In this document: piece by piece, positions 19,561 to 22,483 of the stretch
Layout of the letters: the number at the start of each line of letters is the position of its first letter
How positions within the stretch are numbered: position 1 is the stretch's first letter
Origin: Octopus sinensis
Lineage: Eukaryota
NCBI RefSeq assembly: GCF_006345805.1
Contig: NW_021836771.1
Location: 1 to 22,483 of the forward strand
Direction: 5' to 3'
Length of the DNA: 22,483 nt
Program-made: the position numbers and the translations under genes
Notes under the pieces: generated by a model
Seen by the model: the letters and a program-made list of their open reading frames with translations, nothing else
Told to the model about the DNA's origin: nothing
The model's database searches: none

Positions 19561-20422
19561 GAATAGAAATATTTTGTAATGGTGAGGTGTCCTTAATCTT
19601 AAACTTTGGGTTTTATAACTCTGACATCATGGGGATAAGTGTGACGTAGAGAGGGAGGAAGAAGGCGGGAGAGAGAGAGAGAGAGAGAGAGAGATGAGCT
19701 GGGTGGGTGGTATAAGGGTAGTGTTAGTGGTGATAGGGAGAGAGGTGTGGGAAGATACTGTTTGAAGTTTGAAGTGTGGAAAGCGGTGGCGAAAGAAAAG
19801 GCGAGTGTTGATGGTGATTGAGAGAGAGTGAAAAAGAGAGAGGGCGAGAGAGAGCGAGAGAGGGACAGGGAAGAAAAGGGTGTGTGTGCGTGTTCATATC
19901 TGAGTGTGTTTGTGTTTATATGCATGCGTGTGTTTACATGTGTCTATGTGTGTGTGTGCATATGTTGTGAGTGCGTGTGTGAGTGTGTGCATATGTTGTG
20001 AGTGCGTGTGTGAGTGTGTGCATATGTTGGAAACTAGGACAGTAAGTTCAGTCGAAGGAGAGAAAGGGGATGACGCAGTAAATAAAGACAAGCAGAAAAG
20101 AAGAAGAAGAAGAAGAAGAGAGATCAAAGGAATCATGGGTTTGAGGGGAAGGGCATGTTAGGGTTAGCGATATTGATATTTCCAGTCAAGCATAGTGATC
20201 GATCGATCGATCTTATCAGTTTGTATGCATGTCTTATTATAAAGACTTATGGATGGCGAAGCCTTATTTAAGTATGGGCTGTGCCAATTCCGCAATACGA
20301 TATTGTTTGAGCCAGTATATTTGTTGCTGGTGTTGTTGCTGTTGTTGCTGCTGTTGTTGTTTAGCTGCGGGTCAAGTTGGAATAAATCTTGCAGATATGT
20401 TGCATGCCAGCGGTGAACATAC

Positions 20423-20527
20423 CATCATCATCATCATCATCTTCATCATCATCACCACCACCACCACCATCATCATCATCACCACCACCACCACCACCAC
20501 CACCACCACCATCACCATCACCATCAC

Positions 20528-20568
<41 letters not shown>

Positions 20569-20579
20569 CCATCACCACC

Positions 20580-20613
<34 letters not shown>

Positions 20614-20616
20614 TCA
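20423..20616. repeat. (CAT)n/(CAC)n trinucleotide array
   Basis: Seen directly. Same class as 5130-5415, on the opposite strand. Confidence 0.95.
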
Positions 20617-20750
20617 TTTCCTCATAACCAACAACCCAACACAGCCAAGACAGAAGGACAGCCACAACATATGACACGTCTAGTGGCAATAAGAAAAAAA
20701 AAGCAAAAAAAGGGAAAATCTGGTTAACAACAAAAAATATCTCTAAAATA

Positions 20751-21356
20751 TTCTTTTCCACTCTAAGCACAAAGTCCGAAATTTTTAGGGAGTGGTGGCA
20801 GTTGATTAGATTGATCCCAGTATGCAACTGGTACTTAATTTACCGATCCCGAAAGACAAAGTCGACTCGGCGGAATTTGAACTCAGAATGTAAAAGCAGA
20901 CGAAATACCGCTAAGCATTTCGCCCGGCGTGCTAACGTTTCTTATTTCTTTATTGCCCACAAGGGGCTAAACATAAAAGGGACAAACAAGGACAGAGAAA
21001 CCGATTAAGTCGATTACATCGACCCCAGTGCGTAACTGGCACTTAATTTATCGACCCCGAAACGATGAAAGGCAAAGTCGACCTCGGTGGAATTTGAACT
21101 CAGAACGTAGCGGAAGGCGAAATACCTATTTCTTTACTATCCACAAGGGGCTAAACACAGAGAGGACAAACAAGGACAGACAAACGGATTAAGTCGATTA
21201 TACCGACCCCAGTGCGTAACTGGTACTTATTTAATCGACCTCGAAAGGATGAAAGCCAATGTCGACCTCGGCGGAATTTGAACTCAGAACGTAGCGGCAG
21301 ACGAAATACGGCTACGCATTTCGTCCGGCGGGCTAACGATTCTGCCAGCTCGCCGC
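20751..21356 (-). mobile_element. SINE family 4 trimeric/nested array
   Basis: On the - strand: full head and young unit (21356-21126), a 5'-truncated young unit starting GTATTTCG (21125-20941), then an older-tail unit starting AAACGTTAGCACGCC (20940-20751). Confidence 0.9.
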
Positions 21357-21385
21357 TTTAACCTCTCCAAAATATTAGAAATGTG

Positions 21386-21755
21386 AGATATGGCTTTGTG
21401 GTTAAGAGGCTCTCTTTGCAACCATGTGGTTTCGGGTTCAGTCCTACTGCACGATACCTTGGGCAAGTGTCTTCTACAACCTGGGCCCTACAAATGTCTT
21501 TTGAGTAGAAACTGTACAGAGGCTATACGTCTGAGTGTGTGTGTGTGCTGGTCCCTGCCCGCGCTTGACAACTAGTGTTGGTTTGTTTGTGTCCTGTTTA
21601 CGTCCCTGTAACCTAGCAGTTCGGCAGAAAGGACCGATAGAATAAATACCAGACTCAAAAGCAAAATAATACTGGGGTCGATTCGTTCGACTAAACCCTT
21701 TAAGGCGGTGCCCCAGCATGGCCGCAGTCCAGTGACCGAAGGAAACAGAAGAAGA
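21386..21755 (+). mobile_element. tRNA-derived CORE-like SINE, family 3 (near full length)
   Basis: A-box TGGCTTTGTGG (21391-21401), B-box-like GGTTCAGTCC (~21435-21444), CORE-like ACCTTGGGCAAGTGTCTT, internal (GT)n, and a 3' end shared with 5770-5916. Confidence 0.82.
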
Positions 21756-22483
21756 CAAACAGGATCAATGAGCAAAGCAAAGAAACGTCTGAAGATAAGG
21801 TGGAACTCACAACTCATTAATTGGTAAACAAATGAATTGACTACAGGGCCATGCTACGGCTACCTTTTGTTAATCGATGGTTATTGTAAAATATCTATCT
21901 ATTGTGGTGTCTTCATTCTTATAATCCCCAACAATGAGAAATTGAATATTAATGAGAAAGAATTCAGGATTTTGATGAAAGACAAAACAAATAAATAGAT
22001 AGATAGATAGATAGATAGACAAATAAATAAATAAATAAACAGCGTTGACATGGCAACGGTACTATTTATCGTACGCTGTCATTAAAGTTCATTTATAGAA
22101 ATATTGTGAGCCCAGAGCTTCATTGCTGAAGGAACAGCGACGTTTGGTGTAACGCCACTGATTAAAATTCCTTTATTAACATTTTACAACCCACCATTAA
22201 CGTTGTCTGATCTATTTCCCCAGGAAGTCATTATAGAAAGAATGAATAAATGTTTGTGTCAGTTTAAAAAAAAAGATAATTATCGGAAAAGAAATGTTCT
22301 ATTGACGTACAACAACAACAACAACAACAACTATATAAACAAAACTGCAACGTCTCCACCTTTGTTTTTGCAGATTAAATAATGTTATTGATTTAGGTAC
22401 GGTTAAATGTGATTAGATTTTTTTTTCTCCTGCTTTAAGGTAGAAAAATACAAAATAAGTATAGATCATAAAATAAACTCCAA

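Noticed and set aside
19952-20029. 31-bp tandem unit, ~2.3 copies
   Set aside because: GT-rich microsatellite derivative with no further structure.

Overview
Repeat-saturated, apparently intronic or intergenic animal DNA. The extreme microsatellite load and the SINE families look like an octopus (coleoid cephalopod) genome; this is recognition, not a database result. No intact protein-coding gene is supportable, and nearly all supplied ORFs are translations of microsatellites. The window holds (TATG)n, (AAT)n, (TA)n and (GAT/GGT)n tracts, about 20 copies or fragments of four tRNA-derived SINE families, and decayed LINE pieces: an RTE ORF 3' part and two inverted APE-endonuclease fragments. 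It also holds an internally deleted DD37D (maT-type) Tc1/mariner element whose own coding sequence has expanded into a 35-bp minisatellite, and a probable non-autonomous Helitron. The most notable signal is a set of minimal type-I hammerhead ribozymes of the Penelope-like-element (PLE) kind. Two are complete, unrelated in sequence and about 1 kb apart on the + strand (13993-14035, 14962-15010). A third, with an irregular stem II, is on the - strand (2690-2750). The 13993 motif lies in one arm of a ~300-bp palindrome that would mask it with its own antisense. One SINE family also shows nested self-insertion with an exact 184-bp register and a 14-bp target-site duplication.
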